A stretch of DNA of 43,244 nucleotides from a virus: positions 1 through 43,244 of the IMG/VR virus record IMGVR_UViG_3300045988_091428, one strand, 5' to 3'. Both the position numbers and the translations under genes were made by a program. Shown here piece by piece: positions 17,118-24,025 of this stretch; position 1 is the stretch's first letter, and every line of letters begins with the position of its first letter. The notes under the pieces were generated by a model, which made no database searches, had not been told where the DNA came from, and saw nothing but the letters and a program-made list of their open reading frames with translations.

Positions 17118-17558
17118 CTAACCTCCTATAAATTCTTTCAATTTGTATTTGATAAAGCAAAGACTGACTTGTGGTTTACCCACAGACTTACGAGTATCAA
17201 CTCGTAGCTTGTCTATAGTTCTCACTTCACTAAAATTCAATCTAGACTTTGTTTTTCTTCCATTGATAATAACAGGAATGTCCATTTCAGTTGGAGCAGG
17301 ACACTCATCTTTGATACTTGTTGATGGAATAACAAGAAATTTTCCTATCATATCTTTGACAACATAACACCAATGTCCAAAGCACATTTCAAGAGGGAAA
17401 CCCACATCTAATTGAACGTAGACCATATCTCCCTCTTGAATATCCATTTGAGGGTTACATACCCATCTAGGATTTCCTTTGGACTGTTCCCAATAGAACT
17501 CCCATTCTCTTTTCATATGCTCGTAAGCATATTTTAAATTATCTCTAGTAATTTCCAT
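17118..17558 (-). CDS. PemK/MazF-fold protein with a ~45-aa N-terminal extension
   Basis: EGDMVYVQLDVGFPLEMCFGHWCYVVK and SEVRTIDKLRV parallel EndoA/MazF [27 protein letters not shown] and EQIRTIDKQRL. Confidence 0.65.
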   Translation of the reverse strand: MEITRDNLKYAYEHMKREWEFYWEQSKGNPRWVCNPQMDIQEGDMVYVQLDVGFPLEMCFGHWCYVVKDMIGKFLVIPSTSIKDECPAPTEMDIPVIINGRKTKSRLNFSEVRTIDKLRVDTRKSVGKPQVSLCFIKYKLKEFIGG

Positions 17559-17796
17559 AAGCCACCCCCTCTAATTTTTCTAATTTTTCTTTCAATTCTT
17601 CTCTTTGACATTGAAGTTCTTGAAATTCATCTTCCATATCGTTAGACATGCCTTCTTCATATGACATACAAGTCAAATCTCCTTCTATATCTTCGAGTCT
17701 ATATTTTACATCCTCAATTTCTTCTAAAACTCTTTGGTCTGGCTCATTATTGTAATAAGCCTCATTTGTTATTCTTTCTAGATAAGTGTCAAACAT
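17545..17796 (-). CDS. strongly acidic small protein (candidate antitoxin or DNA mimic)
   Basis: 83 aa, about a third D/E by my count. It overlaps the MazF-like start by 14 nt and is the first gene behind the internal promoter. Confidence 0.5.
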   Translation of the reverse strand: MFDTYLERITNEAYYNNEPDQRVLEEIEDVKYRLEDIEGDLTCMSYEEGMSNDMEDEFQELQCQREELKEKLEKLEGVAYGNY

Positions 17797-17810
17797 TTTA
17801 TATTTCCTTT

Positions 17811-17827
17811 GATAACCTTTGGTTATC
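17811..17827. promoter_or_regulatory. perfect 7-3-7 palindrome gataacc-ttt-ggttatc between the promoter and the first gene (candidate operator)
   Basis: Read directly. It lies between the -10 box at 17844-17849 and the ATG at 17796. Confidence 0.5.
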
Positions 17828-17843
17828 TCCTTTCCTTGACTAT

Positions 17844-17872
17844 ATATTACTATAGATTTCTAATAATGTCAA
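17844..17872 (-). promoter_or_regulatory. consensus sigma-A type promoter TTGACA-17-TAATAT (leftward)
   Basis: The reverse complement reads ttgaca ttattagaaatctatag taatat. Confidence 0.65.
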
Positions 17873-17882
17873 CAAATATATG

Positions 17883-17909
17883 AAAAAAGAGTAAAAATAT
17901 TTTTACTCT
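17883..17909 (-). terminator. rho-independent terminator
   Basis: Palindrome agagtaaa..tttactct followed, on the minus strand, by a 6-nt U-run. It overlaps the stop codon of 17903-18151. Confidence 0.6.
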
Positions 17910-18151
17910 TCTCTATCAACTGTACATACAATAACTTTTCCTCGATACCCATTACTTCGCCAATCTATTGCGTTACCTTCAAGTTCATAGTCACCTGCAT
18001 TTAACTTTTTAACAGGTAAATCTAACAATAAATCTGAACAAAATGGTACTATATTTTTTGGTAATAAAATACATTCATGCCTTTGATTTATGTTTTTAAC
18101 ATAAAGCAATATTCCTTCATCCATTATCTCTAAAATATCTCTTACTGTCAT
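17903..18151 (-). CDS. hypothetical protein
   Basis: Start moved to ATG 18151, 8 nt after AAGGAGG. The track start at 18172 would contain the RBS. Confidence 0.5.
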   Translation of the reverse strand: MTVRDILEIMDEGILLYVKNINQRHECILLPKNIVPFCSDLLLDLPVKKLNAGDYELEGNAIDWRSNGYRGKVIVCTVDREE

Positions 18152-18164
18152 TTTCTTTTCCTCC

Positions 18165-20312
18165 TTATGCACTTACAGTAAATGATTTCTTATAATTCTT
18201 TAATTGAACTCCTACAATCCCTCTTACCTGCTTCTTATTGATATACACTTTTTCTTGTGATATTAAATCGCTTACTTTTTGAGGGTTCATAATCTTTTTA
18301 GACAAATTTGCTTTATAGGTCTTTCTAATGACCTTACCAAATGTGTTCTTATGAATAACCAAATAGTTATTGTCTTGACACCAATTTTCGTAAGCGTCAT
18401 ATAACTGTTTGATTGACACTTTATCGTCTTTATCTCCCGTATATTTAATGAACTGCTCATCACTCATGAACAATTGGATAGTATCACTACTATCTCTTAC
18501 CGATTGCAATTCTTGTGTCATACGCACGGATGGTTCGATAATGAAACCATTTCTAACGACTCTACATAGTCCTTCTAGAAGCCAATTAATGATACCTGGT
18601 ATTTCTTGGTCTAATTGGTCTGACAAGGTTCTGTCTGGCTTATCATAATTTACAGGTTTAACTTTTGAAATCAACAATCTTCTATAGAAACCGTCACTTC
18701 TATCGAATTTCGATTGTATAGCTCCGTTTCCACAACATAATATCCTTGAATAAAGCTTAGTCTTATATTTAGGTTTTCCTTTTGGTTCGACTTCCATTGT
18801 CGTTTCAGCTGTTACAATCTTTTTGAAGTTGGACGTATCATCTAAAGCTTCTAACGATAAATCATCATCTATAAACATCATTTGTTTATCTAATGAAGTT
18901 GTAGAGAATTTATCTTGAAGTCCAATGAAGTCACCGATAACGACATTGTCATGGCCGATAATATGCTCCATTAGAATTGTAATTCTTGATTTACCTTCAC
19001 CACCTTCTCCTACAATAAAGAGTGCTGTTTGAGCAAGAGTGTTCGGTACTAGACAATACCCTAAATACTCTTGAATAACAGGAATATCTTCATCATAGAA
19101 AAGATTATTGATAAACCTTTTGAATTTAGGACAGTCTGCTTTGGCATCATAGTTGTGCGGTATCTGATGGAGTGTAAAAAAGGTGTCACATTCTTCAAGC
19201 TTACCATGTCGAACATCAAAGCTGATGTTATCAAACTGTACTTTATACTTGTCTGGTGCGTCTAGTTTAGTAAATGCTTCATTCTTGACACTTGCTAATA
19301 GAGACTCTACTTTAGCTGACAAACGAGTTGTAATAATACCACCTATGATATTATGAATGTTGTTTCTAAACTCATTATCGCTAATTTGACCATATCGTGT
19401 ATAAAATCTATCATTGATACAATAAAGTTCATTTCTTTTGACATACCATTCTGCAAATTTCTTGTCATTGATATTAACTGTTCCTGTCTCGTCAAAAGAA
19501 ATCCAATCTACTTTCAAATCATCTTCATTACTAGAGTCCAATTTTGACTCATTGATACTTTTTTCGACATTATTTGCTTTATTTGTCTTATCCGTCTTAA
19601 TCATAGAGTCGACAATCGTCTTGACTTCATCTTCATCAAGAGGTGGATTACACGACTCCTCGTTATACTTCAAAGCTTTTTTTAATACAGTTGCTTTCTT
19701 TAATTTTTTACCTAATAGCGACCCTACATAACTCGCTAGAGTATTATTACGTCCACCTTCTTCGACCTCGCTAGGGGCTTCAAATGGCTTGTTTGAAAGC
19801 AACAAAGTATCTTCATCTACTTCTTCACATAGATATTGTTTCCATTTTTGAGGTAGTTCCGCTATTTCATACTCAAATGGACTGTTCACCCATTCATAAT
19901 AAGTACCGTCAATTTGACTTGGTGCTTCTACTGTTTGAGTACCATCCGCCTGTATGTCGATACCCTCACCAACATTCTTTCTATTTCTAATTCCTTTGAC
20001 ATATTTGAAATAATAGTGAATACCACCGCTAGGGGTTTCACTCATAACTGTTTGGGGCAATTCTCCTAACTGTTCTTCTAATCTTTCTAGGGTGGCTACA
20101 CCATCTGTATTTTTGACATCCACGTCGATACATACAAGATTGCTTGTCGCTCCCATGATGATACCTATATTTGAGGTATCTTTGAATTTGTCCAATGTTT
20201 CATCATTGGATTGTATTTTCGACCAATTCTTGATGATAGGTCTTTTATCATTTGGTTTGATAGGCATAACGACCCATCCCAATTTATCATAAGCTTTTGC
20301 ATATTCTAGCAT
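18165..20312 (-). CDS. bifunctional primase-polymerase (Prim-Pol N-terminus) plus D5/P4-type SF3 helicase
   Basis: The N-terminus LGWVVMPI...KRP...VCIDVDV...GGIHYYF is Prim-Pol-like. Walker A is VGEGGEGKS, Walker B is MMFIDD. Confidence 0.85.
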   Translation of the reverse strand: MLEYAKAYDKLGWVVMPIKPNDKRPIIKNWSKIQSNDETLDKFKDTSNIGIIMGATSNLVCIDVDVKNTDGVATLERLEEQLGELPQTVMSETPSGGIHYYFKYVKGIRNRKNVGEGIDIQADGTQTVEAPSQIDGTYYEWVNSPFEYEIAELPQKWKQYLCEEVDEDTLLLSNKPFEAPSEVEEGGRNNTLASYVGSLLGKKLKKATVLKKALKYNEESCNPPLDEDEVKTIVDSMIKTDKTNKANNVEKSINESKLDSSNEDDLKVDWISFDETGTVNINDKKFAEWYVKRNELYCINDRFYTRYGQISDNEFRNNIHNIIGGIITTRLSAKVESLLASVKNEAFTKLDAPDKYKVQFDNISFDVRHGKLEECDTFFTLHQIPHNYDAKADCPKFKRFINNLFYDEDIPVIQEYLGYCLVPNTLAQTALFIVGEGGEGKSRITILMEHIIGHDNVVIGDFIGLQDKFSTTSLDKQMMFIDDDLSLEALDDTSNFKKIVTAETTMEVEPKGKPKYKTKLYSRILCCGNGAIQSKFDRSDGFYRRLLISKVKPVNYDKPDRTLSDQLDQEIPGIINWLLEGLCRVVRNGFIIEPSVRMTQELQSVRDSSDTIQLFMSDEQFIKYTGDKDDKVSIKQLYDAYENWCQDNNYLVIHKNTFGKVIRKTYKANLSKKIMNPQKVSDLISQEKVYINKKQVRGIVGVQLKNYKKSFTVSA

Positions 20313-20314
20313 TA

Positions 20315-20491
20315 TCACTTCCTCCTGTTATCCACTTTATCTTGAAGCCACTCGTCAATTTCTTCCTTGAAACAATGAGGGCGCTTACTTAAAGTATAAT
20401 GCACAGGCATACCTTTGTCACGATAAATATAGAATGTACTTCGACCTATCTCTAGATAATTCATCACTTCTTTGATTGACATTCTTTTCAT
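20315..20491 (-). CDS. small HTH_17 (excisionase/AlpA-like) DNA-binding protein
   Basis: 58 aa, MKRMSIKEVMNYLEIGRSTFYIYRDKGMPVHYTLSKRPHCFKEEIDEWLQDKVDNRRK. GGAGGAAG RBS. The ORF is below the track's size cutoff. Confidence 0.6.
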   Translation of the reverse strand: MKRMSIKEVMNYLEIGRSTFYIYRDKGMPVHYTLSKRPHCFKEEIDEWLQDKVDNRRK

Positions 20492-20502
20492 TAATCTTCC
20501 TC

Positions 20503-20751
20503 CTATCTAAAATCAATATTACTTTCAATTAGAAAAGCTACTTCATACCCTTTTCTATTGATGATAATGTCATCCATATCATTAATTTCCATGATGAGTT
20601 CTTTTAAATTGTATTTAGATTTATTATATTCAATACTTTCTTTGAATAAATCAATTTCTAAATAATCTTTAAAATCTTCCTCCTTGATATTCATTTGCTT
20701 TTTAATATATTGTCTAGCGACATTTGTGACTAATACTTTTCTTTCTTCCAT
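20503..20751 (-). CDS. hypothetical protein, first gene of the leftward early operon
   Basis: AAGGAGG RBS. 82 aa. Contains repeat copy 20576-20639. Confidence 0.55.
   Translation of the reverse strand: MEERKVLVTNVARQYIKKQMNIKEEDFKDYLEIDLFKESIEYNKSKYNLKELIMEINDMDDIIINRKGYEVAFLIESNIDFR
20576..20639. repeat. 64-bp exact direct repeat, copy 1 (copy 2 at 21644-21707)
   Basis: Both copies read atatcattaatttccatgatgagttcttttaaattgtatttagatttattatattcaatacttt. Confidence 0.9.
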
Positions 20752-20779
20752 TTTTATATTTCCTCCTTTGACGATACCT

Positions 20780-20808
20780 ATATTACACTAAAAAGCTACT
20801 AAAGTAAA
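20780..20808 (-). promoter_or_regulatory. leftward early promoter TTTACT-17-TAATAT
   Basis: The reverse complement reads tttact ttagtagctttttagtg taatat. It overlaps the 17-nt motif also found at 24076-24092. Confidence 0.5.
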
Positions 20809-20855
20809 GACATTTTAGACATTTTAAACAAATTTAAAAAATATACCGAAAAGTA

Positions 20856-20884
20856 TTGACATATCTAGACTATAGATGTACAAT
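20856..20884 (+). promoter_or_regulatory. rightward early promoter TTGACA-17-TACAAT
   Basis: ttgaca tatctagactatagatg tacaat. Confidence 0.65.
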
Positions 20885-20913
20885 AAGGGTGTCAAATGAA
20901 GGAGGGATGAAAA

Positions 20914-21135
20914 ATGAATTTAATAAATACACTAGAAAGTTTAAGTGAAAAAGACGCTGAACAAATTAGAATATTTACAAAAGAGTATGATTTACTTTTA
21001 AAAGGCTCAAGAGAAAACTTATTAAAAGTCTTACACTTCAATTTAAAATTATGTGATGTAATTGAAGTTAGAGATAATGAAATAGGTAAATTAATTGTTG
21101 AGGGAAGAATTATTAAAAATTTTAAGACTATGTGA
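20914..21135 (+). CDS. hypothetical protein, followed by an out-of-frame copy of its own C-terminal segment
   Basis: GGAGGG RBS. 73 aa. See the finding on 21040-21205. Confidence 0.5.
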   Translation: MNLINTLESLSEKDAEQIRIFTKEYDLLLKGSRENLLKVLHFNLKLCDVIEVRDNEIGKLIVEGRIIKNFKTM

Positions 21136-21200
21136 TGCAATAGAAGTCACATCTGATAGCTTTGGTAAAATTATCATTTTAGATATGGAGGTGGAGAGAA

Positions 21201-21302
21201 ATGTTTAATCTAGATGTATTAATGATTATTACAACACCTATCTTGATTTTAGGTATTACACTATTAGTAATTGATTTTGTTGATAATAATGAGGAGGAAT
21301 AA
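21201..21302 (+). CDS. 33-aa transmembrane peptide
   Basis: MFNLDVLMIITTPILILGITLLVIDFVDNNEEE. GGAGGTGGAG RBS. Its N-terminus is paralogous to that of 21614-21907. Confidence 0.45.
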   Translation: MFNLDVLMIITTPILILGITLLVIDFVDNNEEE

Positions 21303-21304
21303 AG

Positions 21305-21595
21305 ATGAAATACAAAAAAGCATATGATGTAATAGATACAATTTTACACTTGATGTGCGGTGAAAAGAGAGAAGATGGCTACGAACCAACACATGATGAG
21401 ATGGTAGAAGCTATGGACGATTTGAAAAAGTTAGTCGGCAAGGCAACACCTAAAGAATATCTTTACTACAGCAAAGAATATTTTTCAGTACCACATTGTC
21501 CTACTTGCAAAAAGCCTATTAGTGTAAGAGGTGAATACTGTCCTCATTGTGGTCAGCGTATAGATTGGTCAGCGTATAGATTGGTCAGCGTATAG
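21305..21595 (+). CDS. zinc-ribbon protein
   Basis: CPTC...CPHCG. GAGGAGG RBS. The 3' end runs through the 16-bp tandem repeat. Confidence 0.6.
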   Translation: MKYKKAYDVIDTILHLMCGEKREDGYEPTHDEMVEAMDDLKKLVGKATPKEYLYYSKEYFSVPHCPTCKKPISVRGEYCPHCGQRIDWSAYRLVSV

Positions 21596-21598
21596 ATT
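21551..21598. repeat. three perfect tandem copies of the 16-bp unit ggtcagcgtatagatt
   Basis: Read directly: 21551-21566, 21567-21582, 21583-21598. Confidence 0.95.
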
Positions 21599-21613
21599 GT
21601 GAGGTTAAATTCA

Positions 21614-21907
21614 ATGTTTAATGAAGATGTATTAATGATTATTATATCATTAATTTCCATGATGAGTTCTTTTAAATTGTATTTAGATTTATTATATTCA
21701 ATACTTTATGAGGAAGTTTTAATCAGTCATAATACCAAAGTGGGCATAGTCTATGTTTTGTCCATCATATTGATTATTTCAGCTTTTATGTGGACAATGA
21801 ATTTATGTTATAACACTATCTTATTTCTACCATTGTTTGTAACCATATTATTCACATTAATCGTTATCATTGTGACGTGTCTAGCACTATGCGAATTGGA
21901 GTTATAG
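21614..21907 (+). CDS. small polytopic membrane protein
   Basis: Starts MFNEDVLMIII. About 3 TM segments. Contains repeat copy 21644-21707. Confidence 0.5.
   Translation: MFNEDVLMIIISLISMMSSFKLYLDLLYSILYEEVLISHNTKVGIVYVLSIILIISAFMWTMNLCYNTILFLPLFVTILFTLIVIIVTCLALCELEL
21644..21707. repeat. 64-bp exact direct repeat, copy 2
   Basis: Identical to 20576-20639. Confidence 0.9.
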
Positions 21908-21931
21908 AGTACCATATCGGTACTCTTTTTT
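21907..21931 (+). terminator. rho-independent terminator
   Basis: gagtacc (21907-21913) / ggtactc (21919-21925), then tttttt. Confidence 0.65.
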
Positions 21932-21974
21932 ATGTCGTAATGTTACGTCATATGTCCATGACGGTAGAATTTTT

Positions 21975-22330
21975 GTCCTGTCTTGTTCATGTCTTATTTT
22001 GATGTCTTGCTGTCATAGTCTTTAGACATTGCTAGTAAGATATAGTTATGTACAGTTGACTATAGATACATATAGTTATGTTAAGAAATGTTAAGAAATA
22101 TTAAGAGACTAGCACAGGAACAAGACGGTTATTAGCACATGAGTCTATGTGTCCTGTCTCGCTTGAAACCATTGGTATATATAGACTTTTTTATATTACT
22201 AGACTATAAGACATCTTTTTATATACTTAAATAAATAATAAATAAATATATAATAATATATAATAATACACAGTATAAAAATGTAATATATTTTTTATAA
22301 TATATAAATAAGTACGTGTCTCCTGTCTTA
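21975..22330. promoter_or_regulatory. repeat-rich AT-rich noncoding region (candidate origin and/or packaging-recognition region)
   Basis: TCCTGTCT boxes at 21976, 22152 and 22321. Seven consecutive 10-bp units at 22041-22110. A nearly pure A/T stretch at about 22210-22310. Confidence 0.4.
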
Positions 22331-22395
22331 TCGTCTAGTCTTGTGATTTTTAAAATTGAATGTTAGAATAGTGAAGAACAGAAAGGAGTGTTAAT

Positions 22396-23280
22396 ATGGC
22401 AGGAGATAAACTACATAGAAACGCTTTGAAACCTCAAAATACAGAATATGATGATAGAGTAGAAAATATGAAAAAATTAGCGCCTCAAAAGAAAGGTATT
22501 AACAGCAATAAAGTATTTCCAGAAGGAGATTTAAGTTTGAGCAATTCTATTGAACTTATGAAACATGGAAGTACATTTGAAAAGAGACATGGTAGACCAT
22601 TGAGTTATGCTAGTGCAGATACACTTGATAGTGAAATATTTGCTTTTGCTAAATTTTGTGATGAAAACAAGGTGACTCCCACAAGACCTGCTATGGCATT
22701 ATGGTTAGGGGTTACTTCTGATACTATAGGTAGATGGAAGAATGATAACACTAACCCATTGTCAAACTCATTAAAAAGGGCAGAAGAATTATTCCATCAA
22801 TTCATCCTTGAAAAGACCATGCAAGGCTCAATTAATACGCTTTTATACTTCTTTTTAGGAAAGAACTGGTTTGGTATGCAAGACAAGACAGAAGTAGTCC
22901 ATAAGTCGTCGTCAAACGTGATAGACTTGGATGAACAAGAAAGAATTATCAATTCCACACCAGGAATAGTCATAGACGCTGAATTTAAGCCCATAGAGAG
23001 CGAAACAGTAGAGGTAGGTGTAATTGATACCCCAAACGTAAACAACGCTCAAATCGAAGAAAATGAGGCTTCTAGAGGACTTGCAGACTTGCAGACTTCG
23101 AGGGGTGTAGACTTAGAGGACTTTGCAGACTTGCTTGCAGGTGTAGACTTGGACGCCCATGCAGACTTGCAGACTTGCAGACTTGCAGACTTAGACACCC
23201 ATGTAGACTTGGGCACCCATGCAGACTTGAACACACATACAAAAATCCCCCCAGATACAACCTGGGAGGATGATTTATAA
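22396..23280 (+). CDS. terS: terminase small subunit-like protein (gp3 packaging-protein-type HTH)
   Basis: RPLSY...FAKFCDENKVTPTRPAMALWLGVTSDTIGRWKND...LYFFLGKNWFGMQDK resembles the GP3_package/TerS pattern. The C-terminus is encoded by an octamer repeat array. Confidence 0.55.
   Translation: MAGDKLHRNALKPQNTEYDDRVENMKKLAPQKKGINSNKVFPEGDLSLSNSIELMKHGSTFEKRHGRPLSYASADTLDSEIFAFAKFCDENKVTPTRPAMALWLGVTSDTIGRWKNDNTNPLSNSLKRAEELFHQFILEKTMQGSINTLLYFFLGKNWFGMQDKTEVVHKSSSNVIDLDEQERIINSTPGIVIDAEFKPIESETVEVGVIDTPNVNNAQIEENEASRGLADLQTSRGVDLEDFADLLAGVDLDAHADLQTCRLADLDTHVDLGTHADLNTHTKIPPDTTWEDDL
23075..23228. repeat. array of 13 copies of the octamer G(C/T/A)(A/G)GACTT, including four perfect tandem GCAGACTT at 23161-23192
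   Basis: GCAGACTT at 23083, 23091, 23125, 23161, 23169, 23177, 23185, 23221. GTAGACTT at 23107, 23143, 23203. GAGGACTT at 23075, 23116. Confidence 0.9.
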
Positions 23281-23321
23281 ATTATTATCAGTATGAGAAA
23301 ATTTTATTATCATGAGAAAAG

Positions 23322-23339
23322 AGCGTACATTAGTACGCT
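23322..23339. terminator. hairpin between the convergent TerS-like gene and the inverted cassette
   Basis: agcgtac-atta-gtacgct, with a T-rich tail on the minus strand. Confidence 0.45.
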
Positions 23340-23584
23340 TTATCAACTCTTACTAGTGGCATAAGTCCGTAAAGGTCGTCCTCATAGTACCATAGGAATT
23401 TTTGGCCTTCAAATTTTAAACAACCCATTTGACACGGTGATGTCGCTATGATTTTTGGAGGTTTCCTTTTGTGCTCTTTGCAATAGTCTACCATTTTTCT
23501 ATAGTCACCTTTAGTATCTTGTATCATACAAGAAACAAATTTGTGTTTATCCAATTTTTTAAACCCTCCTAAACGATAAACCAA
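23330..23584 (-). CDS. hypothetical Cys-rich protein
   Basis: 84-aa ORF, last gene of the inverted cassette. Confidence 0.5.
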   Translation of the reverse strand: MVYRLGGFKKLDKHKFVSCMIQDTKGDYRKMVDYCKEHKRKPPKIIATSPCQMGCLKFEGQKFLWYYEDDLYGLMPLVRVDKAY

Positions 23585-23766
23585 TGTCTTTTATTACAAT
23601 CCATTTCACAAAAAAGCCACGAAGTACCACTACTAGTAATAAATTGAATTTTATTGAATTTATAACCACGATTGTAATGTACTTCAACTTCTTTTATTTC
23701 AGTTACTTCTAACCCTCTTTTTTTAGCGTATCTATTGATACGATTGATAATACTTTGTCTTATCAT
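23569..23766 (-). CDS. hypothetical protein
   Basis: 65-aa ORF overlapping the next gene by 16 nt. Confidence 0.5.
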   Translation of the reverse strand: MIRQSIINRINRYAKKRGLEVTEIKEVEVHYNRGYKFNKIQFITSSGTSWLFCEMDCNKRHWFIV

Positions 23767-23786
23767 TTTTATATTTCCTCTCTTTT

Positions 23787-23978
23787 TTAGTGTGGTTTGA
23801 TGGTAATATTACCATCTTTTAACATAGCACTCCCCGTAGCTACTTGATAGCCTGGGTTGCTATTTATTATATAGTGATAAATAACAGTTTGTGGAGTTTT
23901 TAAAATTATTTCTAATTTTATTCTACAATTAGGATATTTATTTTTTAGCTCCTTTTTTATTAAGTCCATTCTTTTCAC
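23787..23978 (-). CDS. hypothetical protein
   Basis: 63-aa ORF with an AAGGAGGTG RBS. Confidence 0.5.
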   Translation of the reverse strand: MKRMDLIKKELKNKYPNCRIKLEIILKTPQTVIYHYIINSNPGYQVATGSAMLKDGNITIKPH

Positions 23979-23996
23979 CTCCTTTAATTCTCTTAT

Positions 23997-24025
23997 ATTG
24001 TATATCTTTTAAGCCTATATGTCTA
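23997..24025 (-). promoter_or_regulatory. promoter TAGACA-17-TACAAT for the inverted cassette
   Basis: The reverse complement reads tagaca tataggcttaaaagata tacaat. Confidence 0.5.

Noticed and set aside
18409-20292. Several plus-strand ORFs (62-97 aa) inside the primase-helicase gene, and similar ones in the polymerase, TMP and exonuclease genes
   Set aside because: All are antisense or out-of-frame shadows of long motif-bearing genes.
23049-23260. Two minus-strand ORFs (61 and 62 aa) and the idea of a CRISPR-like array in the octamer region
   Set aside because: The ORFs are open only because the 8-nt repeat lacks stops in several frames. The repeats are 8 nt with no spacers of CRISPR size, so this is not a CRISPR array.
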